Positions 53,500 through 62,197 of a stretch of DNA of 64,000 nucleotides are shown here, in pieces. The DNA comes from an uncultured Gemmataceae bacterium (lineage in GTDB: Bacteria > Planctomycetota > Planctomycetia > Gemmatales > Gemmataceae), in the NCBI GenBank assembly GCA_963750165.1, contig CAVVPN010000011.1, positions 640,001 through 704,000 on the forward strand. The letters run 5' to 3'. Made by a program: the position numbers and the translations under genes. Position 1 is the first letter of the stretch, and the number at the start of each line of letters is the position of its first letter. Under the pieces are notes generated by a model. It was not told the origin of the DNA. It saw only the letters and a program-made list of their open reading frames with translations, and did no database searches.

Positions 53500-53582
53500 G
53501 CCGAACTACCCGGCTCAGTTGCCACGGCCGAACTGCGGGACCGCCGCAGGAAGACGGAGTCAGCTGCAGCCGATGGTCCGGC
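53500..53582 (-). other. Integron attC site (R'' degenerate)
   Basis: Minus strand: GCCGGAC-catcg-gctGcagctgAc...gcaactgagc-cgggta-GTTCGGC. Confidence 0.7.
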
Positions 53583-53615
53583 GCGACCAGGCCTCTCAGC
53601 CAGTTGCCCCACAGT

Positions 53616-54107
53616 CTACAGGCTCGCCAGGAAGTGGTCCCGGACCATGCGGACTCGCTCCGCGTGGTGTGTGATCTCGATGAAGGTCCCCCGGAGTGGT
53701 GCTACCGGGCAGGGATTGCCCTCGTCCCACGCCAGCCACTGCACGGGGATTCGCCATTCCTCCTCGTTCTCGCCCTCGGTCGTAAACGGCCGGAGCCGGT
53801 CGGGATGATCGAGGCCTAGTATCTCCAATCGACTCTCCCTGGCCCGGCCGATGCCGATGATCCCGAGCCCGTTGGCGTACATGACAATCACGTCACCGCC
53901 CCGGACCCGCCGCATGTGGTCCTCGTGGATGAAAGGGAGCCATGCCGCGGCGAAACCCCTTGCGTGCATCCGCTGTTCGAGGGTGTTGCCGCCAGCACCC
54001 GCACCCCGATCCGTGTTGCACCAAAAGATGCTCGCCGCGCTGTCGAGTGCTTCGCGCAGAGGCAGCACGCTGTTAGGCGGACTCGGGTTGGTCACTTCAG
54101 CAGTCAT
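53616..54107 (-). CDS. Gene-cassette ORF, EVE/PUA-like domain suspected
   Basis: GAGGGAGG-ATG immediately after the attC R'; GDVIVMY..G.GIIGIG and WRIPVQW pattern. Confidence 0.65.
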   Translation of the reverse strand: MTAEVTNPSPPNSVLPLREALDSAASIFWCNTDRGAGAGGNTLEQRMHARGFAAAWLPFIHEDHMRRVRGGDVIVMYANGLGIIGIGRARESRLEILGLDHPDRLRPFTTEGENEEEWRIPVQWLAWDEGNPCPVAPLRGTFIEITHHAERVRMVRDHFLASL

Positions 54108-54119
54108 GCGCCCTCCCTC

Positions 54120-54208
54120 GCCGAACAACTCAGTTCACGTGCGGGCCACTCGACTGGGCGTGCCCGTGCAACCTCCATAGGCCCGTCACGTGCAACACCT
54201 GGTTCGGC
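54120..54208 (-). other. Integron attC site (89 bp)
   Basis: Minus strand: GCCGAAC-caggt-gttGcacgtgAcgggcc...ggcccgcacgtgaac-tgagtt-GTTCGGC, with two unpaired bases at canonical positions. Confidence 0.82.
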
Positions 54209-54279
54209 TCGGCACCTTTTCCTTCCGACTCGAACCCTGCAATCCTTCAATCGCTTGGGCAGCACCAAACGGTAGAACT

Positions 54280-54876
54280 CTAGCATACTCGCAGCTGGCG
54301 CCGCGGTGGACACTTCTTGCGGGGCCGCATCGTCTCACACCTTTCCGTTTCCTGGTCGCACGCGGCGCACGGGTCACCGTGGATCCCGGCAGTGAAGTTC
54401 TCTTCCAACCACGCTACAAAATCGGCGATGAACTCTTTTTTGAACGAGGTGCTTCTGTGGCTTCGGCCGCGCTTTTCGATCGGGTAGGCGAGATGGCGTT
54501 TCTCGAACTCTGGAGCGTTCCTGCCGAAGTAGAAGAAGTGGTCGGAGATGAGAGCGTACCTGTCGGTGCTGCCCGCCAGGTGCAGTTCGTTTCCGGACCG
54601 GCGCTTGAACCGAAGATCGTGGAAATAGTCCTGGAGCGTCATCTTCTCAGTGACGAGCATCGCATAGACAAGCTTTCCATGGCCGGCGCTTAACTCGTTA
54701 TTCCCGCCAGTGCCGACGATCCAGTCGCCCACCTCGGCCATCTCCACGACATTGCGCCTGACCCCATCTTCGCTGAATTTGCAGAACGCGAGCGTGCAGA
54801 ATCCCCCGTTGGGGTTCGGAGAACGGCCGTAGTCATGCTCGACAACGTACGAGTACATCCCCTGAATCTCACGCAT
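54280..54876 (-). CDS. Nmad2-like (nucleotide modification associated domain 2) protein
   Basis: YSYVV.HD.G.SPNP..GFCTLA.CK, GDWIVG, LVYAM.VTE, LISDHFFYFG; GGAGG RBS. Confidence 0.75.
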   Translation of the reverse strand: MREIQGMYSYVVEHDYGRSPNPNGGFCTLAFCKFSEDGVRRNVVEMAEVGDWIVGTGGNNELSAGHGKLVYAMLVTEKMTLQDYFHDLRFKRRSGNELHLAGSTDRYALISDHFFYFGRNAPEFEKRHLAYPIEKRGRSHRSTSFKKEFIADFVAWLEENFTAGIHGDPCAACDQETERCETMRPRKKCPPRRQLRVC

Positions 54877-54982
54877 GAAACTCCTCCCGTGCTGAGCCGT
54901 GTTGCTTTGAAAAGTTGAAGTGTGATTAGGGCGCACCGCGCGCTCTAACAAGGTCAGGTTTTTCACTCTCGGCCAAAAAAAG

Positions 54983-55103
54983 CTAGGACGGCAATCCTGA
55001 CTGGAGTGGACAGAATTCCCTGTGTATTCAGACAGATGGACTAATGAGCACCGCCATTATTCCCTGGGGAACTCCACGGCTCCAGTCAGGATTGCCGTCT
55101 TAG
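54983..55103. mobile_element. Non-autonomous MITE-like element
   Basis: 20-bp perfect TIR gacggcaatcctgactggag flanked by CTAG/TTAG, no ORF. Confidence 0.7.
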
Positions 55104-55178
55104 AAAAAAGGGGGACGCGGACAGTTCAAACACCCTCTCGGTCGAACGAACTATGTCCGCGTTCTCTTTTCCGCCTCT

Positions 55179-55400
55179 TCACACCTCAAATTCGCTTCGC
55201 GCCAACCCGGACTGGCGAACGATCGACCGCAGCGTTCCCATTCGCAATTCCTTGTGGTCGGGAACCGGAACCGTCGTGGTCCCCTCCGCCGTCACCCGCT
55301 GCATGACAATGTGACTGCCACGCTGGCGTACGCGGGTGAACCCGTGTCGCTCCAGGATCGCACACGCTTCCTGGCCCGACAGCACCCGCAGCTTACTCAC
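55179..55400 (-). CDS. hicA: HicA-family toxin
   Basis: LERHGF..VRQRGSH, VPVP.H.EL..GTLRSI. Confidence 0.93.
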   Translation of the reverse strand: MSKLRVLSGQEACAILERHGFTRVRQRGSHIVMQRVTAEGTTTVPVPDHKELRMGTLRSIVRQSGLARSEFEV

Positions 55401-55614
55401 AGGCCACCTCGACCTGCGTCACGAACACCTCATCGCCGAGGCGGTCCTGAATCTCGGCGGGAGACGCACATTCAAAGAACAGCTCGAGCGCCTCGCGAAG
55501 GTTGTCTCGGGCCGCCTCGATGGTGTCTCCTTGACTCGCGATATCCAATTCGAGGCAAAGGGCGACGAACCCATCCCCTTCGCGATGAATCACGGCCGTC
55601 AGTCGCTTGCTCAT
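55393..55614 (-). CDS. hicB: HicB-family antitoxin (short)
   Basis: FVALCLELDIASQGDTIEAARDNLREAL; overlaps hicA. Confidence 0.92.
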   Translation of the reverse strand: MSKRLTAVIHREGDGFVALCLELDIASQGDTIEAARDNLREALELFFECASPAEIQDRLGDEVFVTQVEVACE

Positions 55615-55863
55615 GTTCCCTCCGAAAAACCTCTGCTGCGCGGCTCCGATGTAGGGTTGGGCGCTACGCTACGGCCTCGATTGTGCGGTTCCGCAAGCAA
55701 CCGCCACATTGGCCTTCTTCTCGACCGCTTGTCATCCGCCACCGCTCCATCTTCCTACCTTGCCCCCCAGGCGTCAAGGTGATCGTCGGCAGAGCGCAGC
55801 GCCTGCCGCTGAGTGTACTCCCTCGGGAGCCGGGGCGCAAGTAGCACGAAAGAACCGGACCGG

Positions 55864-55933
55864 GAGCGCCACGTCGCCAGCGGCAGCGAAGGCAGTCGCT
55901 CAGCGCCTCGGCTCGGGCGGCGTCAGCGACCAG
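55864..55933 (-). repeat. Copy of phosphosugar mutase 3' end plus shared downstream flank
   Basis: Encodes LTPPEPRR* like the mutase LTPPEPGR*; ~36-nt flank shared with 56565-56602. Confidence 0.8.
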
Positions 55934-56293
55934 TCACGGTGCCCCGACGCACAAAGCAACCGCGACAGCCACGGCGTCGAGTTGTGCCGCAGGGACCACC
56001 CCCAGCGGGCGGATGAAGCGCGTCAGGGAGACCGACTTCGTCTGAAATGCATCGGCCCCGGAATCCTTGCTCAACCCGTTGCCGGCAGCGACGGAGATGA
56101 GTACGACCCAGGGGAAACCGGCGTACGGCGGCTTCCAATCCGTCAGCGGCACCACCATCCGCAGCGGGAGGCGGCCGATCGCGTCCACGCTGATGACCAG
56201 GGCCGCCCGCACCTTCTGAATCTCCGCACCCACCGACGGGTCGAAGTCCACCAGCCAGATTTCACCGCGGCTGGGTGTCGGAACTGTGGACAT
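55934..56293 (-). CDS. MazF/PemK-family toxin
   Basis: RGEIWLVDFDPSVGAEIQKVRAALVIS, VVPLT, NGLSKDS, Q.KSV. Confidence 0.92.
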   Translation of the reverse strand: MSTVPTPSRGEIWLVDFDPSVGAEIQKVRAALVISVDAIGRLPLRMVVPLTDWKPPYAGFPWVVLISVAAGNGLSKDSGADAFQTKSVSLTRFIRPLGVVPAAQLDAVAVAVALCVGAP

Positions 56294-56465
56294 ACAGATC
56301 CCCCTCCCCGAACGCCTCGAACGCGGTCAGGGCCGGGTCGTTGCGATACTCCTCGGCCGCAACCGCCGCCGCAGCCGCGAGGATAGCGTCCCGCTGCTCT
56401 GCCGGCAGGCGGCGCAATTCAGCGGCAGTCCAGACTTTTTGAGCGGGAGGGGTTGGTGCCGTCAT
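56262..56465 (-). CDS. Putative antitoxin for MazF-like toxin
   Basis: Small ORF with GGAGG RBS, AAEEY..DP.LTAF motif, overlapping the toxin start. Confidence 0.75.
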   Translation of the reverse strand: MTAPTPPAQKVWTAAELRRLPAEQRDAILAAAAAVAAEEYRNDPALTAFEAFGEGDLYVHSSDTQPR

Positions 56466-56564
56466 GCAGCGTCCTCCAGGAGTGCGAAGAAGCGGAAATG
56501 CGACTCCTCTGGATTGTAGTCCCTGCAAGATCGGGCCGCTAGCCCACCGTCCGAACTGTGATGA

Positions 56565-56648
56565 GAGCGCACCACGTCGCCAGCGGCAGCGAAGGCATCC
56601 TCTCAGCGCCCCGGTTCGGGCGGCTCACCCCCACGAACCAGCGCGAGT
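56565..56648 (-). repeat. Second copy of phosphosugar mutase 3' end plus flank
   Basis: Encodes LALVRGGEPPEPGR* vs mutase LALVGLTPPEPGR*. Confidence 0.8.
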
Positions 56649-57022
56649 TCCTCGACCACCTTGGGCGGTACACTGGACCGGCGCAACGTGACGCGCACGC
56701 TTCCTGGTCGGTTCTCGAACTGGCCGAAAATCCACACCGTTCCCTGGGGGCCTGGACGCTGGAAGGAGAGGGGACCGCCGTACAGATTGGTAGGGGTTGC
56801 AGTCTCGGCAGCCGACTTGGCGGCGAGGCACGCGAGAAGGGGCCTGAGCAGGCGGCGTGTTTGGTGATCCGTGCTCGCGTCTGCGTCGAGGATGAACGCT
56901 TGCGCTTCGTCTGAGCGCTGGGCGGCGATGGCGCTGAGCACTTGCTCCGCGAGTCCCTCCACGGTCCAGGCGGGATCGAGCGGGGCACGCAGAAAGTCAC
57001 TGATGGGGTTATTGAGCGTCAC
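56603..57022 (-). CDS. Hypothetical protein whose C-terminus is the relic mutase tail
   Basis: GTGA overlap with the upstream ORF at 57019-57022. Confidence 0.6.
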   Translation of the reverse strand: MTLNNPISDFLRAPLDPAWTVEGLAEQVLSAIAAQRSDEAQAFILDADASTDHQTRRLLRPLLACLAAKSAAETATPTNLYGGPLSFQRPGPQGTVWIFGQFENRPGSVRVTLRRSSVPPKVVEELALVRGGEPPEPGR

Positions 57023-57442
57023 AATGGGATTACCCGTTTCGTGAGATTGTGCCATTCGGCCCGCAGTTCATTCAGACCGCATTCAGGCTCGAACCGGATC
57101 TCGCCGCCACGTGCCAGGCCGGCGGCGATGGGGTCAGTGTAGAGGATCGCCATGATCCACGCGGGCACACTTACTTCAAGGATAGCCGGCCCTCCTTCGT
57201 TGGGGAAGAGCGCGTCCTTGTTCCGTGCGGCCATTTCCGGGGTGCCCGTACTGCAGGGGCGACCATCGCCGATGACGGTCGAAAAGCCTTCCGCCGGAGA
57301 GAGGCTCCCCGTACCCGGTTCCCGGTAGTTCGGGTCTGGCCCATTCGTCTCCATCGCGCGGGCTCGGTGGAGCGTCGTCCCGTGATGGAGAACGGTCGGT
57401 GGGAGATCGGGCGCGCAAGGGGACCACCTCGGTAGTAGGCAT
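57019..57442 (-). CDS. Small putative ADP-ribosyltransferase-fold protein, frameshifted near 5' end
   Basis: ATG 57442 frame switches into VLHHGTT...GFST...AILEV...GEIRF. Confidence 0.5.
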
Positions 57443-57458
57443 CCGTTAAGACTGTGGC

Positions 57459-59420
57459 TCAGCGCCCCGGCTCCGGCGGCGTCAGCCCCACCAGCGCCAG
57501 CGCCTGCCGCAGAAAATCGTCGCACAACCGCTGAAACTGCACGTCCACCTCCTGACAGGTGCGCTCCCAGTCCGCCGCGGTCGCGCCGCCCGCCTTCGGC
57601 GCCGAACAGACCTCGACATATGCTTTCGCCTTCGGCTCGGTGCCGCTCGGCCGCAGTGCCAGCCGGGCGATGTCGCCCAGGCGGAACACCAGGAAATTGC
57701 GGGCCGCCGCGTCGGTCGCGCCCTTCAGCGGCCCCAGCCAGTTGTTCTCGTTGCGCAGATCCTCGAAGCCGGTCACCGTCAGGCCGCCGATCGTGCGCGG
57801 CGGCTCCGCACGCAGGCGGTCCAGCATTTTCGCCATGTTCTGCTTGCCCTCGATGCCGGGCATCACCACCGTCAGCACGTCGTTGCGGAAGTAGCCGTAC
57901 TGCCGCGACAGCATCTCCACGTAGTCCCAGACCGTCTGCCCGCGCCGCCGCTGCTCCAGCGCCAGCTCCGCCAGCAGCAGCGCGGGTGCGCCGGCGTCCT
58001 TGTCGCGGATCTGCGGCGTCAGCAAGATGCCGTGGCTCTCCTCGCACGCCAGCACGAAATCGTCCGGCGTGCCGCGCACCTCCTCGTAGGCGCCGTACTT
58101 CTCCAGCTGCCAGAGCACGTCGGCGATGTACTTGAAGCCGACCAGCAACTTTTCGACCACCTGCGCCCCGAAGCCGCGGGCGATGCGCGTCACCTGCCCC
58201 GTGGTCACCAGTGTCTTGACGACGATGGGCGAACCGGGCATGCGGCCCTGCTCCGCCAGCTTGGCGAGCTTGAAGTGCGTCAGCAGTGCCGCGATGACGT
58301 TGCCGTTGAGGTAGCGCATCGGCCAGTCGCCGCCGGGGCCGGGGCTGGTGCGCACCGCCGTGAGGCCGCCGAGGCGGTCGGCGTCGGGGTCGGTCGCCAG
58401 CGCCAGGTCGGCGTGCGTTTCCTTTGCCACGCGCTCGGCGCGGTCGAGGCACTCGGGGATTTCCGGGTTGGGCGTCTTCGTGACGTTGGGGAACTGGCCG
58501 TCCGGCGTCATCTGCTCCTCGACCGGGATCGGCCGGAAGCCCTGCGCGACCAGCACCTCCAGCGCGGTTTGCGAGCCGACGCCGTGCAGCGGCGTGAACA
58601 CGACCTTGACCTCATCGAGCTTCGGCGGCGGCAGCAGGCTCTGGCGGCGGCAAAGCTCGATGTACTCGCGGTGCGGCGTCTCGTCGAGGAAGTGGACGCG
58701 GCCGGAGCGCACCGCCTCGGACCACGGCAGCGCCTTGATGACGCTGACCTGATCGACGAGATCGGCCATGATCTGGTCGTCCGGCGGGATGGGCTGGCCG
58801 CCGCGCTCGTCGTAGAACTTGCCGCCGTTGTCGTCCGGCGGGTTGTGCGACGCTGACATGTTCAGGCCGCCGTGCGCCCGCAGCCGGCGGATGGTGTAGG
58901 ACAACTCCGGCGTTGCCAGGTAGCGCGGGCTGTGCTCCGGCAGGATGTGGGCGTGGACGCCGTTGGCGGTATAGACGCCGGCGGCGAACTGTGCCAGGTC
59001 GCGCGACGACAGGTGCAGGACGGGGTTGGGCAGTTCCGGGTTGTACTGCCGGCGCCTGTCCTCGAAGCGGCGTACGTCGTAGGCCAGGACGACACGGAGC
59101 GGGTTGACCTCGGGGAAGCGCTCGCAGAGGTATTCGCAGTGGCCCTGCACGGAGGCTTCCAGGGTCCAGCGGTTCATGCGGTTGGGGCCGATGCCGACGG
59201 CGCCGCGGCGGCCACCGGTGCCGAACGGCAGGATTTGACAGAAGCGGTCGAGCAGACCGGGCCACTGTCGGGTGTGGATCAACCACTCGATCTGCGGCCG
59301 GTACGTGGCGAACTCGGGCCGGGTGAGCCATTGCTCAAGGAACGCGAGGGCCCGCTCCTTCAGGGCGGCCGCGGCGTCGATGGTGACAAAGCCGTTCTGG
59401 ACCTGAGTCAGCAACTCCAT
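57459..59420 (-). CDS. Phosphoglucomutase/phosphomannomutase family protein
   Basis: FGTGGRRG, SASHNP, DPDADR, VGFKYI, EESHG, RPSGTEPK. Confidence 0.95.
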   Translation of the reverse strand: MELLTQVQNGFVTIDAAAALKERALAFLEQWLTRPEFATYRPQIEWLIHTRQWPGLLDRFCQILPFGTGGRRGAVGIGPNRMNRWTLEASVQGHCEYLCERFPEVNPLRVVLAYDVRRFEDRRRQYNPELPNPVLHLSSRDLAQFAAGVYTANGVHAHILPEHSPRYLATPELSYTIRRLRAHGGLNMSASHNPPDDNGGKFYDERGGQPIPPDDQIMADLVDQVSVIKALPWSEAVRSGRVHFLDETPHREYIELCRRQSLLPPPKLDEVKVVFTPLHGVGSQTALEVLVAQGFRPIPVEEQMTPDGQFPNVTKTPNPEIPECLDRAERVAKETHADLALATDPDADRLGGLTAVRTSPGPGGDWPMRYLNGNVIAALLTHFKLAKLAEQGRMPGSPIVVKTLVTTGQVTRIARGFGAQVVEKLLVGFKYIADVLWQLEKYGAYEEVRGTPDDFVLACEESHGILLTPQIRDKDAGAPALLLAELALEQRRRGQTVWDYVEMLSRQYGYFRNDVLTVVMPGIEGKQNMAKMLDRLRAEPPRTIGGLTVTGFEDLRNENNWLGPLKGATDAAARNFLVFRLGDIARLALRPSGTEPKAKAYVEVCSAPKAGGATAADWERTCQEVDVQFQRLCDDFLRQALALVGLTPPEPGR

Positions 59421-59544
59421 TTTGCGACCTCTCGGGGAAGGGCGGGTGCACGGACATGGAGTGAAAATACAGCGGCGGGGGAATTTGTGCCAGCGCAGTT
59501 TGACCGAACTGCTCCGCAAGTCAGCGACGGGCTAAAATGAGCGC

Positions 59545-60621
59545 ATGAACAAGCCGCCGCTGGAAACGCCAACACTGGAACACCTCGCCGCGCTCGCCGA
59601 CCGTGCCGACCGCGAACCGGACTGGCCCACCGCGTCCTGGCAGACGCTATGCACCGCAGGCGTGCCGGCGTGGGCCGTGCCGGTGGCGCTGGGCGGTCGT
59701 GGCCTGGACGCGCTGACGCTGCTGGCCGGTTACGAGCAACTCGCGGGCGCCTGCCTGACGACTGCGTTCATCCTGAGCCAGCGTGAGGCGGCGGTGCGGC
59801 GGCTGCTCACGGCCCCGCGGCCACTGCAGGAACGGTTGCTGCCCGACCTGGCCGCGGGCCGCACCTTCGCCAGCGTCGGCCTGTCGCAGTTGACCACGTC
59901 GCGCCAGCACCAGGCGCCGGCGCTCACGGTCACGCCCGACAGCGCCGCCGGCTTCGTGCTGGACGGCGTCATCCCCTGGGTGACCGGCGCCGATCAGGCC
60001 GACGTGCTGGTGGTCGGCGGCCCGCTGCCGGACGGCCGGCAAGTGCTGCTGGCGCTGCCGCGCCCGTGGCCGGGCGTGACCGTGGAGTCGCCGCAACCGT
60101 TGCTGGCGCTGCTGGGGTCACGCACCGCCCAGGTGCGCTGCGAGCGCGTGTACCTGGCGAGCGACTGGCTGGTGGCGGGGCCGGCCGAGAAGGTGATGGC
60201 GACGGGCCGCGGCGGTGTCGGCGGCGTGGAAACGTCGTGTCTGGCGCTGGGGCTGGCGGGGGCGGCGGTCGAATATCTGCGACAGGAGGCCACCCAGCGC
60301 CTCGACCTGGCCGAAGTGGTCGGGCGGTTGGAGGCGGCGCGGCGGACGGCGTGGGCGCGGCTGCTTGAGCTGGCCGTGGGTTCACCGCTGACGGAGGAGG
60401 TGCTGGCGTTGCGCGTGAGCTGCACGCGGTTGGTGTTGCAGGCGACGCAGGTGGCGCTGACGGCGGCGAAGGGGACGGGTTTTGTGGCGCCGCATCCGGT
60501 GCAGCGCTGGGTGCGGCAGGCGTTGTTCTTCCTGGTGTGGTCGTGTCCGCGGCCGGCAGCGGAGGGGGTGATTGCGACGTTGTTGCCCGACCTGCCTGGC
60601 GCAGGCGAGCGGGGGGCGTGA
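59545..60621 (+). CDS. Acyl-CoA dehydrogenase family protein
   Basis: GFVLDG..PWVTG, KGTGF..HPVQRWVRQALFF. Confidence 0.85.
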   Translation: MNKPPLETPTLEHLAALADRADREPDWPTASWQTLCTAGVPAWAVPVALGGRGLDALTLLAGYEQLAGACLTTAFILSQREAAVRRLLTAPRPLQERLLPDLAAGRTFASVGLSQLTTSRQHQAPALTVTPDSAAGFVLDGVIPWVTGADQADVLVVGGPLPDGRQVLLALPRPWPGVTVESPQPLLALLGSRTAQVRCERVYLASDWLVAGPAEKVMATGRGGVGGVETSCLALGLAGAAVEYLRQEATQRLDLAEVVGRLEAARRTAWARLLELAVGSPLTEEVLALRVSCTRLVLQATQVALTAAKGTGFVAPHPVQRWVRQALFFLVWSCPRPAAEGVIATLLPDLPGAGERGA

Positions 60622-60668
60622 GTCCCCTGTTGGATTGCACCAAACAGGGCTCACGCCCCCCGCTCGCC
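60603..60668. repeat. REP-like palindrome spanning two convergent stop codons
   Basis: ggcgagcggggggcgtgag..cctgtt ... aacagggctcacgccccccgctcgcc. Confidence 0.85.
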
Positions 60669-60869
60669 TTCCTGGTCGCGCCGCCGCGTGGCATCGTGGT
60701 CGATGCCGTTCAGGTCCGCGCTGCTGTGCCGGCCGTAGTCGAACTCGGCGTCGGCGGCCTCGTCCGGCTGCTCGGTCAGCTGCCGTTTGAGGTGCTGCCG
60801 CCGGCTCTTGTTGCCAGCGCGCTTCAGACTGCGTTTCAGTTGCCGGTGTCGGCGTTTTTCCTGGTCCAT
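60651..60869 (-). CDS. Small basic hypothetical protein
   Basis: MDQEKRRHRQLKRSLKRAGNK...LNGIDHDATR. Confidence 0.65.
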   Translation of the reverse strand: MDQEKRRHRQLKRSLKRAGNKSRRQHLKRQLTEQPDEAADAEFDYGRHSSADLNGIDHDATRRRDQEGERGA

Positions 60870-61088
60870 GTGGGTTGGGACACCGCCGCTCGCTGCGGGG
60901 TTCGTCCCCTCATTTTTTCTCCGCTGCTGGCGGCGTGTCGTGGCAGTGCCGGCCAGTAAAAGACCGCGCACCTCCGACCGCCCGGTCTGCTTCGTCCTGG
61001 TGTCCTCGATCATGAGGAAAAGTGAGGAAAAGAGAACCAGTTCGTAAATTAGCTACTTTCCTCGCAGAATAACGCCAGCGGTTCTGCC

Positions 61089-61384
61089 TGGAGCGGTTCG
61101 CACGCGGATCGCGCCCGGGGTGGGACGGTGGGCACAGCTTGACCACCAGCGGCCTGCATTGCCACAGCAAGGGGGCCAAGGAGGCCAAGGGGGCCAACTT
61201 TTTCATACGTCGAGATTTGGCGCCCTGGCTCCGTAGGGGTGGCACGGCGCGACAACCAACGGCGGCGGCTGCCACAGCACGGACGCCAAGGACGCCAAGG
61301 ACCCCAACGTTTTCATACATCGAGATGCGGCGCCCGGCAGCGCCATCCTGCCGTTTGTGGTCCACGCGACTACGAACCGCGCTA
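61089..61384 (+). mobile_element. Family-2 MITE-like element (second full copy)
   Basis: Starts tggagcggtt, ends aaccgcgcta; two internal units; colinear with 40513-40799. Confidence 0.7.
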
Positions 61385-61750
61385 TGCTCCCCAAAGGACC
61401 GCAGGCTCAGCTCGCCGGCTTCCCGCTGCCGGGTCTTGGCGGTGAGGAAATGGTTACACAGGTCTTTGACGGTCAGACCTTTCGGCTTGACGCGGGGGCG
61501 TGCGGCCTGCCCGCAGGTCATCCACCTCGGCCTTGAACTTCGCCAGGGCGTCTTTCCAGGTTTCGCCGTCGAGCGGCAAGGTCGTGCCGTTGACCATCCG
61601 GCCCCAGCGTCCGAAATGGTGAATCGTCCCGCCAATCTTCTTCGACCAGTTGCCGAGCGGGTGGGCGTGGGGGGGAATTCGGCGTAGGGTTTTTTTGGCC
61701 GGGCGGCGGCTTTACGGGCGCGGGGTTTTCGGCTAGAATTATTGCGTGTG
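61385..61750 (-). pseudogene. N-terminal remnant of a phage-type tyrosine integrase
   Basis: KKPYAEFP, W.KKIGG..HHFG.W, LTVKDLCNHFLTAK across frameshifts; truncated at the MITE. Confidence 0.7.
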
Positions 61751-61914
61751 GCGTCACCTCCATCTGCAAAGGGTTCAGGTGGCGTCGCCCTCGCTTGCTG
61801 CAATCCGGCGAGGGTAACTTAACTACCCAAATTGTAGCGGTAGTAAAAAGGTAGTAAAAGGCAGTAGCAACCGGGAGAAAGGATTTGACGCAATTCAAAT
61901 AGAATCAATCACTT

Positions 61915-62003
61915 GGAGAGGTGGCTGAGTGGCCGATAGCACCGCTTTGCTAAAGCGGCGTGGGTGTCAAAGCCCACCGCGGGTTCGAATCCCGCCCTCT
62001 CCG
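61915..62003 (+). tRNA. tRNA-Ser(GCT), no encoded CCA
   Basis: ggagagg acceptor, ccgcttTGCTaaagcgg anticodon arm, long variable arm, ggttcgaatccc. Confidence 0.95.
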
Positions 62004-62119
62004 CTCTAACAACGACTTGCGGCGATTACTAGACACCCAGCAACAACCTGATTCTGGCTGCGGTAGGGATAGCGGTAGGGAAGGAAAACCCGGTAGGGAA
62101 ACGGGCGGTTTCTGACGAC

Positions 62120-62166
62120 GCAAAGGGGGCGCCTCTGGAGTATGGAGGCGCCCCCTTTGCTGTTTT
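62120..62166 (+). terminator. Stem-loop with T tract between tRNA-Ser and integrase
   Basis: gcaaagggggcgcctc-tggagtatg-gaggcgccccctttgc-tgtttt. Confidence 0.6.
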
Positions 62167-62197
62167 ACTTCTCCCCGGTGACAGGCCGGCGGCCACC

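Noticed and set aside
55618..55712. Third attC site upstream of hicB
   Set aside because: Only loose dyad symmetry; the R boxes do not match GTTRRRY/RYYYAAC well enough
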